Source: Archaeoglobus sp. JdFR-22
GTDB taxonomy: Archaea; Halobacteriota; Archaeoglobi; Archaeoglobales; Archaeoglobaceae
Reading direction: 5' to 3'
DNA length: 64,000 nucleotides
Assembly: GCA_002010045.1 (NCBI GenBank)
Contig: MTMJ01000022.1
Coordinates: 18,832 to 82,831, forward strand
Below the pieces are notes generated by a model. It ran no database searches and was not told where the DNA came from. It saw only the letters and a list, made by a program, of their open reading frames with translations. A program made the translations under genes and the position numbers. Positions 45,616 to 54,357 of this stretch are shown in pieces (within the stretch, counting starts at the first letter, position 1; the number at the start of each line of letters is the position of its first letter).

Positions 45616-48228
45616 GTGATATGTATGAGGCCATTCCACATGATTGCTCTACCTCATAAAGACATACTCGAAGGCAGACTTACAATGGACGTTTTTGCTG
45701 CTGACTTATGGAATGTTTTTAAAGGTGAGGCAGTTGATGATTACAAAAATCCTGATTCTTTCTTTCAAAAAACCTATCCAACCTTTGGATTGAGAAACTT
45801 GCTGAAAATAGCAGGAAAGAGGTTGAGAAGTGAGGGTGGAGACTCTGTCATCCAGATTCAGACTCCTTTTGGTGGAGGTAAGACTCATTCTCTGATCGCA
45901 CTGTATCATGCCTTCTCAACTGGAAAGTACGTTGAGGATGCAATTAAAGCAAATGTTGTCGTAATTGTTGGAACTGCTATCAGCCCAAAGGAGGAGAACG
46001 GGAAGATAACGGGAACAATCTGGGGAGAAATTGAAAGACAGCTTGAAGGTGAAGTAAAAGAGCTTGACCTGTCTGTTTCACCCGGTAGAGATAAGCTTGA
46101 AGAATTGTTCAGAAAACATCAACCACTCCTTATTCTGATGGATGAAGTTCTTCAATATACTACCAAAGCTGCTGGGATAAAAGTTGGAGACTCAAATCTT
46201 GCCTCGCAAACAATGGCTTTTATGCAGGAATTAACAGAGTGTGTTAAGTCCTTGAAGAAAACTCTCCTCGTTCTAACACTACCATCAAGCATTATTGAGC
46301 ACTACGACGAGAGTGCGGAGAAGCTGTTTGTTCAATTGCAGAAGGTTTCGGGAAGAATGGAGAAAATCTACACTCCAGTTGCTGGTGAGGAAATTTACGA
46401 GGTTGTGAGGAGAAGACTTTTCAGGGAAATCGATAATGAAAGAGCAAGAGAAGTTGTTGAAGAATTCGTGAATTATTACGAGAGAGAAGGAATAATTCAG
46501 GAGAAAGCAGAATACAGAGATAAAATGATGAAGAGCTACCCTTTCCATCCTGAAGTTATTGATGTCCTTCACAACAGATGGGGAAGCATTCCAACTTTCC
46601 AGAGAACAAGAGGTGTTTTGAGAATACTTTCTCTTGCAATCTACAGACTAAAGGATTCATCCATACCACTCATACGCCCATGTGATTTGGATTTAACATA
46701 CAGTGAGCTTGCTGAAGAGCTCATCAAACATATAGGGAGAGAATATGAGAGCGTTTTGTCAGCAGATATAACAGGAAGTAATGCTAATGCAAAGAAAGTT
46801 GATAAATCAACTGGAGTTACATACCAAGGCTTAAATCTTGGAACGAAGCTTGCTACTGCCATCTTCCTCTACTCATTCTCAGGTGGAGAGAAAGGAGCAA
46901 GTTTGGGTGACCTCAAACTTGCATGTTCTGACACAAACGTACCATCAAGCGTGATAACTGATGTGATTGAAGGATTGAAGAGCAATCTTTTCTACCTTCA
47001 ATCTGACATTACAAGATACTTTTTCACTTCCCAGCCAAACTTAAACAGCATTCTTGTGACAAGAATGTCCGAAATAGATAACGGAGTGATAAAAGCCGCA
47101 ACCAAATCATTGACTGAGAGGTTCTCAGGTAAGGATATTCCTGTTTACATCTGGCCTTCAAAACCAAAAGATATTCCGGATTCAGAGGAATTGAAGCTCA
47201 TAATACTGCCTGAAAATGATGGAAAGTTGTGCAAGAATATCCTTGAGAATTACGGTGAGAATCCGAGGGTTAACAAGAATACCCTATTTTTCCTGTGCCC
47301 GATGGAGTCTGAGAGATTCTCCTTTGAGAACTGGCTCAGAAAACTGCTCGCATGGAGAAGAATAGATGAAGATAAATCGCTTAATCTTACCGAACTGCAA
47401 CAGAAAGAAGTAAAGAAGAATTTGGGAGAGATGAGCAAAGCTGAAAGAATTCAGCTGAGGAGTTTTTACAGGCTTGTTTATGTTCCATCAAAAGACGGAT
47501 TCAGAGAGATCGATTTGGGAATTCCTGTTTTTGGTAAAACAGAGACATTGAGCAGGGAAGTAATTAACAGACTAAAAGCTGAAGGTGAAATTGTTGAAAA
47601 ACTCTCTCCATTACTGATTTCTGAGAAATACCTGCGAGATAAAGACTATGTTGAGACGGGCAGGCTCTTCAAAGCCATGCTCTCAACCCCGGGAGAACCG
47701 AGAGTTACTAAAAGTAAGTTCATCAGTTCAATCAGAGATGGCGTTAAACAGGGTATTTTTGGCTCTGGAATTCTCAGGGATGGCAGTGTGGAATGTTTGA
47801 AGTTTAAAGAGAATACAGAAGTCCTGCTGAGCGATTATGAAGTGATAATAAGAAAGGAGATTTGTGAGAAGCCCAAAGCGGAAGAAGGAAGGGTTGAAGA
47901 GGAATTAGAAGGATATGAGGAAGTAGAAGAGGAAGAGAAAGAAACTGGTATTCTGGTAGAAGATGAGGATAAGGAGAAACCAAAGCCTCCTGTGGTAATA
48001 CCCAAATTCAAGAAGGTAAAGCTCTCTGTTGAAGTTCCGAGAGGTAAGTTCTCAGAATTTTACACTGGAGTTATCCTGCCCATTGAAAAATCCTTTGGTG
48101 AAGCTGAAATAAAAATTGAAATTGAGGCTAAGAATGGTGAGATTCCAAAGAGTGAGTATGAAAATAAGGTAAAAGAAACACTACTTCAGATTAATGCAAA
48201 ATTTAAGGAAGAAGAGTTGGAGGAGTGA
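45616..48228 (+). CDS. DUF499/COG1483-type P-loop ATPase
   Basis: 870 aa; [10 protein letters not shown]-terminus, [16 protein letters not shown] (Walker A), PLLILMDEV (Walker B), acidic E-rich linker before a C-terminal domain. Confidence 0.8.
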   Translation: MICMRPFHMIALPHKDILEGRLTMDVFAADLWNVFKGEAVDDYKNPDSFFQKTYPTFGLRNLLKIAGKRLRSEGGDSVIQIQTPFGGGKTHSLIALYHAFSTGKYVEDAIKANVVVIVGTAISPKEENGKITGTIWGEIERQLEGEVKELDLSVSPGRDKLEELFRKHQPLLILMDEVLQYTTKAAGIKVGDSNLASQTMAFMQELTECVKSLKKTLLVLTLPSSIIEHYDESAEKLFVQLQKVSGRMEKIYTPVAGEEIYEVVRRRLFREIDNERAREVVEEFVNYYEREGIIQEKAEYRDKMMKSYPFHPEVIDVLHNRWGSIPTFQRTRGVLRILSLAIYRLKDSSIPLIRPCDLDLTYSELAEELIKHIGREYESVLSADITGSNANAKKVDKSTGVTYQGLNLGTKLATAIFLYSFSGGEKGASLGDLKLACSDTNVPSSVITDVIEGLKSNLFYLQSDITRYFFTSQPNLNSILVTRMSEIDNGVIKAATKSLTERFSGKDIPVYIWPSKPKDIPDSEELKLIILPENDGKLCKNILENYGENPRVNKNTLFFLCPMESERFSFENWLRKLLAWRRIDEDKSLNLTELQQKEVKKNLGEMSKAERIQLRSFYRLVYVPSKDGFREIDLGIPVFGKTETLSREVINRLKAEGEIVEKLSPLLISEKYLRDKDYVETGRLFKAMLSTPGEPRVTKSKFISSIRDGVKQGIFGSGILRDGSVECLKFKENTEVLLSDYEVIIRKEICEKPKAEEGRVEEELEGYEEVEEEEKETGILVEDEDKEKPKPPVVIPKFKKVKLSVEVPRGKFSEFYTGVILPIEKSFGEAEIKIEIEAKNGEIPKSEYENKVKETLLQINAKFKEEELEE

Positions 48229-48230
48229 TT

Positions 48231-48344
48231 ATGTCTTACTGGCTCTGTATAACAACGGAAGAGAACTGGGATGTTATAAGAAAAAAGAATGTATGGGGTG
48301 TTCAGGAGAAACATCGCAATACGATTGGCCTCATTAAAAGGTGA
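48231..48344 (+). pseudogene. truncated EVE/PUA-like domain gene fragment
   Basis: 37 codons, [37 protein letters not shown], matching the N-terminus typical of archaeal EVE-domain proteins. It is then terminated, and the downstream frames are degraded. Confidence 0.45.
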
Positions 48345-48503
48345 GATTAAGTTATGAAGAACTTCCCCTGTAGAAAATCAAAGCCATATTTTCAGTTACT
48401 TCATCCATACAATGTTTAAGAGAAAGTTTTTTTGTTTTTTGAGAGGGCGAAAATTATATATTCAAATATGACACTATGTCACATAGTAACAAAAGGTGAA
48501 ATC

Positions 48504-49298
48504 ATGAGTGAAATTGGAAAAAGAGTTAGAATCGAGAGAATACTTGACAGAAAAAGTCAGAATACAGTAATTGTCCCGATGGACCATGGCCTCTCAATGG
48601 GCCCAATAGACGGTATTGTGAAAATGACAGATACAATTAATGCTGTTGCTGAAGGCGGTGCAAATGCTGTTGTGATACATAAGGGAATTGTGGGTTTTGG
48701 ACACAGAGGTTACGGAAAGGATGTAGGACTCATCATCCACATGAGCGGTTCAACTTCTCTCAGTCCTGACCCAAACGAGAAGGTACTTGTTTGCAGTGTT
48801 GAAGAAGCGATAAAGCTTGGTGCAGATGCTGTAAGCGTTCATATAAACATTGGCAGTAACACAGAGGCTGAACAGATAAGAAGCCTTGGGGAGGTAAGCA
48901 GAACATGTAAGGAGTGGGGAATACCTCTTCTCGCAATGATGTATCCCAGAGGGAACGGAATAGACCAGTTCAGTGAGAAAGCAGTCTCCCTTGCAGCAAG
49001 GGCAGGAGCTGAACTCGGTGCAGACATAGTTAAAACGAACTTCACAGGAGATAGAGAGAGTTTCAGAAGGGTCACTGAGGGTTGTCCTGTCCCGGTGGTG
49101 GTTGCAGGCGGCCCAAAAATGGGAAGTGAAGCAGAAATTCTCAGGATGGTGGAGATGGCAATTGAGGCAGGGGCGAGAGGAGTTGCGATTGGTAGAAATG
49201 TATTTCAGGCAGATAACCCGATAAAAATGACACATGCTATTTCAATGATTGTCCATAATAACACAAGTGCTGAGGAGGCTTTAAATCTTCTTAAATAA
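48504..49298 (+). CDS. class I aldolase of the DhnA/FbaB family (FBP aldolase or ADH synthase AroA')
   Basis: VPMDHG, Schiff-base region [21 protein letters not shown]; start set at the ATG for MSEIGKRV inside the TTG-initiated track ORF. Confidence 0.8.
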   Translation: MSEIGKRVRIERILDRKSQNTVIVPMDHGLSMGPIDGIVKMTDTINAVAEGGANAVVIHKGIVGFGHRGYGKDVGLIIHMSGSTSLSPDPNEKVLVCSVEEAIKLGADAVSVHINIGSNTEAEQIRSLGEVSRTCKEWGIPLLAMMYPRGNGIDQFSEKAVSLAARAGAELGADIVKTNFTGDRESFRRVTEGCPVPVVVAGGPKMGSEAEILRMVEMAIEAGARGVAIGRNVFQADNPIKMTHAISMIVHNNTSAEEALNLLK

Positions 49299-49299
49299 A

Positions 49300-50400
49300 T
49301 TAAACAATTTTTATTACTTTCTTTAATTCGGATGTGAAGTTACTGACGACTTCATCATCCACATGTGGCATGACAACAAGTCTGATTGCCTCGGGCTTTC
49401 TTATTGTTGAGATTACCCATCTCCTGCGATAAAGTTCTTCCTTTATTCTGTCCGCATTCCTGCATCTGAAACAGACAACGTTGATGATTGGCTCAATTAC
49501 AGTCTCAAGTCCTATTTGAGACAGTTCTTCAACGAGTATTGAGGTTTTTTCAAGACATCCCTCAGTAATCTTTTTCATTCCTTCAGCGCCGAGATGCTTC
49601 AATACAGCATATGCTGATGCGACTCCAGTTCCCGGTCTTGTGCCCGTTAACGTGTACTGTCTTTCCGAAGTCAGATAAGGCGTCTCAATTTCCAGCGCTT
49701 CTATAAATTTTTTATCTCTGAAGAATATTCCTCCCGCAGGAATTGTAGCCATGCCCATTTTATGCGGGTCGATTGTTATTGATGCTACACCATCGAGTTC
49801 AAAATCAAATGGGATTCTTCTGTTCATGAATGGGAGAATCAACCCACCGAATGCGGCATCGACATGCAGCGGTATGTTTTTTTCAACTGCAAGTTTGGAT
49901 AAATCATCGATAGGGTCTATCTGCCCGAGTTCGGTTGTCCCGGCTATTCCAGTAATTGCCACAGTCTCATCATCCACAAGACTTTCAACATTGTCGATGT
50001 CCACTCTGTAATCTCTGTCAAGTCTGGCACGTCTCACTTCAACACCCAGTATGTCTCCAATTTTCTCAAATGAAAAATGAGCTGACTCAGGAATGACAAC
50101 ATTTCTTCCTTTCAGTATATTCCTTGCTGCCCTGATAGCCTGTATATTCGCCTCTGTCCCTCCAGAACAGATATATCCCTCAGCATTTTCATAATGGAGG
50201 ATTTTTCCGAGTATTGAAATCAGTTTCTCTTCAAGCTCTCTCGTTCCAGTAAATATCCCCGGGTCGCCAAGATTTGTACCTAAGAAAAGATTGTGAGCCT
50301 CTATTGCAACATGATGTGGATAGGTACACATAGAACTCAAAACCCTTGAATACGGAATGTCTCTTGCCCTTATGTTCTTCAGCTCATCGATGACGGACAT
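49300..50400 (-). CDS. mfnA: L-tyrosine/L-aspartate decarboxylase (PLP-dependent)
   Basis: 366 aa; SGGTEANI and the PLP-lysine motif DPHKMG. Confidence 0.8.
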   Translation of the reverse strand: MSVIDELKNIRARDIPYSRVLSSMCTYPHHVAIEAHNLFLGTNLGDPGIFTGTRELEEKLISILGKILHYENAEGYICSGGTEANIQAIRAARNILKGRNVVIPESAHFSFEKIGDILGVEVRRARLDRDYRVDIDNVESLVDDETVAITGIAGTTELGQIDPIDDLSKLAVEKNIPLHVDAAFGGLILPFMNRRIPFDFELDGVASITIDPHKMGMATIPAGGIFFRDKKFIEALEIETPYLTSERQYTLTGTRPGTGVASAYAVLKHLGAEGMKKITEGCLEKTSILVEELSQIGLETVIEPIINVVCFRCRNADRIKEELYRRRWVISTIRKPEAIRLVVMPHVDDEVVSNFTSELKKVIKIV

Positions 50401-50452
50401 AGCTCAACCGCAATAGCAACTGTATTAAATATATCCATTTCAATCAGAGGTT

Positions 50453-51040
50453 GTGGTAAATGTTGCAATACTTGCCGGAGGTACTGGCTCAAGACTCGGG
50501 GGTCAGGACAAGGGATTCATAAAAATCAGGGGAGTTGCGGTGATAGAACTTCTGACCGAAGAATTGAAAGATTTTAAAAAAGTCGTTGTATGCAGAAATG
50601 AGAGTCAGAAGAGCCTGTATTCGCCATATTCAGACGTGATAGTCGATGAATTTGAAGGAATGGGACCTCTTGCAGGAATACACGCTGCTTTAAAGTATTT
50701 CAGAAACACAGTCGTTGTAATCGCAGTTGACATGCCATTTGTAAGAAGAGGGGTCGTAGAATTTCTTTTCAACGAAGCAAAAAGAGGAAACGCAGTTGCA
50801 ATAATTCCAGTCTGGAGTGACGGTAAAAAAGAACCGCTGCTGGCATGCTATACCTTAGAAGCTCTTGATAGAATAGAGAAAAGTCTCCAGAAGGGAGAGA
50901 AAAAAATCATGAATGCCTTAGAGCATAACAGAACAGGATTCTACCCTATCGAGAAATTGAAAAAGTATGACAAAAAATTGCTTTCATTTATTAATCTGAA
51001 TACACTTGAAGATATTAGAAGAGTGGAAGAGATATGTTAA
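50453..51040 (+). CDS. mobA: molybdenum cofactor guanylyltransferase
   Basis: 195 aa; AILAGGTGSRLGGQDKG; GTG start; overlaps moaA. Confidence 0.75.
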   Translation: MVNVAILAGGTGSRLGGQDKGFIKIRGVAVIELLTEELKDFKKVVVCRNESQKSLYSPYSDVIVDEFEGMGPLAGIHAALKYFRNTVVVIAVDMPFVRRGVVEFLFNEAKRGNAVAIIPVWSDGKKEPLLACYTLEALDRIEKSLQKGEKKIMNALEHNRTGFYPIEKLKKYDKKLLSFINLNTLEDIRRVEEIC

Positions 51041-51930
51041 TCGATAGATTTGGGAGATATATAACAAATCTAAGGATTTCAGTCACAAATAAGTGCAATC
51101 TGAACTGTCTGTACTGTCACAGGGAAGGAGAGATTTCTCCCGGAAGAGACATGGATTCGGAGAGGATTGAAATAATCTGCGATGCCTTTTACAGGCTTGG
51201 AATTAAAAAGGTCAAAATTACCGGTGGTGAACCGTTATTGAGGAAAGATATTGTTGAGATAATCCATTCAATGCCCGATTTCAAGGAGATTTCAATGACC
51301 ACGAACGGTATTTTTCTCTCAAAGAAAGCTGACGAGCTGGCAGATGCCGGTTTGAATAGAGTGAATATCAGTCTTGACACTCTGAATGAAGAAAAATACA
51401 GGCACATTACAGGTGGTGATGTTAAAAAGGTCGTTGATGCAATTTACGCTGCATTTAATGCCAATCTAACACCCATAAAAGTTAATATGGTTCTGATGAG
51501 GGATATAAACGTGGATGATGTTCCTGAGATGCTTGAATTTATGTCAGAATTTAATGAGAGTGGAATTAATGTGATTCTGCAGATTATAGAGCTTCTAAAG
51601 TTGTCTGGGCTGGAAAAGTATTATCAGGATATCGCCCCAGTAGAGAAAAAATATTCAGAAATGGCAGAAGCAGTTGTTGTCAGAGAGATGCACAAGAGAA
51701 GGCAGTATGCTATCGGCAAGTTCGTGATTGAGTTCGTAAAACCTCTTGATAATTCGGAATTCTGCATGCACTGTAACAGAATCCGGGTGACCTCAGATGG
51801 AAAAGTAAAGCCCTGTTTACTCAAAAATGATAATCTTATTGATATAAGGTATTTAGAGGGTGAGGAGCTTTTAACAGCAATTAAGAGAGCTGTAATGCTT
51901 AGAGAGCCATTTTTCTGTAAACCAAGTTAG
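51034..51930 (+). CDS. moaA: GTP 3',8-cyclase (molybdenum cofactor biosynthesis A)
   Basis: 298 aa; CNLNCLYCH radical SAM motif and C-terminal CNRIRVTSDGKVKPCL. Confidence 0.85.
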   Translation: MLIDRFGRYITNLRISVTNKCNLNCLYCHREGEISPGRDMDSERIEIICDAFYRLGIKKVKITGGEPLLRKDIVEIIHSMPDFKEISMTTNGIFLSKKADELADAGLNRVNISLDTLNEEKYRHITGGDVKKVVDAIYAAFNANLTPIKVNMVLMRDINVDDVPEMLEFMSEFNESGINVILQIIELLKLSGLEKYYQDIAPVEKKYSEMAEAVVVREMHKRRQYAIGKFVIEFVKPLDNSEFCMHCNRIRVTSDGKVKPCLLKNDNLIDIRYLEGEELLTAIKRAVMLREPFFCKPS

Positions 51931-52003
51931 ACCTGAAAGAAATTGAAGATGTTGAGCCAGCAGAAACTCATGTTTTTATATAACAGGTTACCGAGTTTTA
52001 AAC

Positions 52004-52150
52004 ATGATTGAGCTTTATGTGGATGGAAAAAAAATTCCCATGAACAGTTATGTCAGAAGTGTCTTCACGAAAGTTATTGAGGCAATGGTTTCCACCCTCA
52101 AGGGAGTGAATCAGGACTGGAGTAAGGTTGAAATAAGGCTGGAAAAATGA
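52004..52150 (+). CDS. small ORF (48 aa), hypothetical
   Basis: MIELYVDGKKIPMNSYVRSVFTKVIEAMVSTLKGVNQDWSKVEIRLEK fills the moaA-hisC gap. It is below the 60-aa cutoff of the ORF track. Its stop lies 7 nt before the hisC ATG. Confidence 0.3.
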   Translation: MIELYVDGKKIPMNSYVRSVFTKVIEAMVSTLKGVNQDWSKVEIRLEK

Positions 52151-52157
52151 TGATAAG

Positions 52158-53222
52158 ATGATGGTAAGAGAGAGCATCCTCCATTTGGATGGATACAAGG
52201 CTGGAAAAAGCATAGAAGAAGTCAGGATGAAATATGGGCTTGAAAAAGTGGTCAAGCTGGCTTCCAACGAGAACCCGTATGGGCCAAGTCCGAAGGCGAT
52301 AGAGGCGTTTAAAAGCTTTGACTCGCTCCACATCTACCCTGATCCCGACCCGCTCGATCTGAGAGAGAAAATAGGGGAATATGCGGGAGTTGAAGCTGAC
52401 AGAATAACTCTGGGGGCAGGTGTTGACGGAATCCTCGAGAATATGTTTAAATTATTTGTTGAAGGGGGTAATGAGGTCATAATACCGGTTCCTTCCTTCC
52501 CTTACTACCACATTCTGACGAAACTCAGTGGAGGGGTTGAGGTCAGAGTTAGCAGAAGAGAGGACTTTACAGTTGATGCAACAGAAGTACTCAATTCTAT
52601 CGGAAAGAATACGAGGCTGATTATAATATGTTCACCCAACAACCCCACAGGCAACTCAGAGAACATGAATGAACTCAAAGATATAATCGAAGATGGAGGC
52701 GTTATGATTTTCATAGATGAGGCTTATGCTGAATTTTCCTCAAAGAATTTGCTGGATTTAGCTCAATACAGTAACGTGATTCTGGCAAGAACATTTTCAA
52801 AAGCATTCGGGCTTGCCAATTTAAGAATTGGATATGCAGTAATTCCTGAGGAACTCAGAAAGTATTTTCTCAAGGTATCGACCCCATTCCCGCTTTCCAC
52901 ACCTGCAAAACAGGCTGCAATCGCTGCACTTGACGACAGAGAATATCTGAAAATGGTTGTAGATAGAACAGTAGCTGAGAGGGAAACAATGCTGAGAGAA
53001 CTCAAAAAAATGGGTGTGAGAGCATTCCCTTCAGAATCCAATTTTATATTTATTGAGACAGAATTTGATTCTGCATACATGGTTGAAGAGTTATTGAAGA
53101 GGGGCATAATAATCAGAGATTGCTCTGGCTTCACCGGCTGTAACAGCAATCATGTCAGAGTTAGTGTTGGTAAAAAGGAGGAAAATGATATGTTTCTTGA
53201 GGCTATGGGGGAAATCTATTGA
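52158..53222 (+). CDS. hisC: histidinol-phosphate aminotransferase
   Basis: 354 aa; LASNENPYGPSP and TFSKAFGLANLRIGY (PLP lysine). Confidence 0.85.
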   Translation: MMVRESILHLDGYKAGKSIEEVRMKYGLEKVVKLASNENPYGPSPKAIEAFKSFDSLHIYPDPDPLDLREKIGEYAGVEADRITLGAGVDGILENMFKLFVEGGNEVIIPVPSFPYYHILTKLSGGVEVRVSRREDFTVDATEVLNSIGKNTRLIIICSPNNPTGNSENMNELKDIIEDGGVMIFIDEAYAEFSSKNLLDLAQYSNVILARTFSKAFGLANLRIGYAVIPEELRKYFLKVSTPFPLSTPAKQAAIAALDDREYLKMVVDRTVAERETMLRELKKMGVRAFPSESNFIFIETEFDSAYMVEELLKRGIIIRDCSGFTGCNSNHVRVSVGKKEENDMFLEAMGEIY

Positions 53223-53230
53223 GGTGAATT

Positions 53231-53764
53231 ATGATTGTCGCTCTTACCGGAACACCGGGAGTCGGAAAAAGCACAGTGGCAAAAATATTGAGACAGAGGG
53301 GTTATGAAGTTGAGTCTGTCAGCGAACTTGCAGAAAAGCTTGATTGCATTATAGGGGAGGAGAGAGGTTCCAGAATAGTTGATATCAATTCACTTGCTGA
53401 CAAAATTGAAAGAGAAGGTTTCAGGATAATAGAGGGTCATCTATCACACCACCTCAATCCGGATATTGCTGTTGTCCTGAGATGCAATCCAAAGATTCTT
53501 AAAAAGAGGCTATCTCGAAAGGGCTGGGCTGAGGAGAAAATTCTCGAGAATCTCGAGGCAGAGATTACAGATGTGATTTTAATGGAAGCAATGGATGTTA
53601 AAAATATTTATGAAATTGACACATCGAGAATGGGGGCTGAAGAGGTTGCCAATGCTGTTGATAGAATAATTAACGGCGATACTGATAACTTTACGCCTGG
53701 TAAAATTGACTGGATATTTGATATTGGAGATGAGATAGGGGATTTAATCAGGAGATTTTTTTGA
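53231..53764 (+). CDS. AK6/Fap7-like putative adenylate kinase
   Basis: 177 aa; LTGTPGVGKST P-loop; size and layout of archaeal Fap7 homologues. Confidence 0.7.
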   Translation: MIVALTGTPGVGKSTVAKILRQRGYEVESVSELAEKLDCIIGEERGSRIVDINSLADKIEREGFRIIEGHLSHHLNPDIAVVLRCNPKILKKRLSRKGWAEEKILENLEAEITDVILMEAMDVKNIYEIDTSRMGAEEVANAVDRIINGDTDNFTPGKIDWIFDIGDEIGDLIRRFF

Positions 53765-53811
53765 CTGAACTTGAAATAAAATAAAATTAAAAAATAAAAA
53801 TTTATAAAGTA

Positions 53812-54342
53812 TTATTCAATTTTTATCTTCTTTAAATCGTCCTTTCTGGGATGCCTCTTCTTGAAGATGATTTCAAGCACTCCGTTGTTGTACCTCGCTT
53901 TTGCAGAGTCTGGAATGACCTCACATGGTAAATCTGCTCTTTCATAGTACTTTCTTGTTTCGCCCTCTGCCTTGATTTCAACAGTTGTATCAGATGCGTT
54001 GACATCAATGTCTTCTTTGTTCACTCCCGGCATCTCTGCAATTACATGGACGTCCTCATCCCCTTCCATCACATCAATAAGGGGTTTTCTCTCCTCAATC
54101 CCTTCCTTGCTGATTATTTCAGGCTTGCTGCCAAACTCCTTAATTTCAGGTCTTCCATCGGGACCGATTCTTATCGAGAATCCTTTGACAAAAGGTTTCA
54201 TTTCCCCTTTTGATGCCGATCTGAAAAATTCATCAAGATCCTTGAACATTTTCTCGACTATCTCGTCAAAATAACCGAAACTCCTGCCAAAGAACTCATC
54301 GAAGATGTCGTCCCATTCTCTCCTCTTCTTCTTCCACGTCAT
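53812..54342 (-). CDS. hsp20: small heat-shock protein (Hsp20/alpha-crystallin)
   Basis: 176 aa; alpha-crystallin domain ending in YNNGVLEIIFKK. Confidence 0.85.
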   Translation of the reverse strand: MTWKKKRREWDDIFDEFFGRSFGYFDEIVEKMFKDLDEFFRSASKGEMKPFVKGFSIRIGPDGRPEIKEFGSKPEIISKEGIEERKPLIDVMEGDEDVHVIAEMPGVNKEDIDVNASDTTVEIKAEGETRKYYERADLPCEVIPDSAKARYNNGVLEIIFKKRHPRKDDLKKIKIE

Positions 54343-54357
54343 TTAAACCACCTCCGA

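Larger units (their letters stand above)
33224..48344. other. genomic (defence) island inserted between tRNA-Asn and the aldolase gene
   Basis: The content is exclusively defence, TA and orphan genes. It includes four pseudogenes and is A+T-richer by eye than the flanks. It abuts a tRNA 3' end. No integrase or att duplication was found. Confidence 0.6.

Noticed and set aside
48200-48503. att-type direct repeat of the tRNA-Asn 3' end at the distal island border
   Set aside because: I looked by eye for GGTTCGAGTCCTGTCGGCGGCG or substantial parts of it and did not find it. Only a short TGACA-CTA-TGTCA palindrome occurs upstream of the aldolase start.
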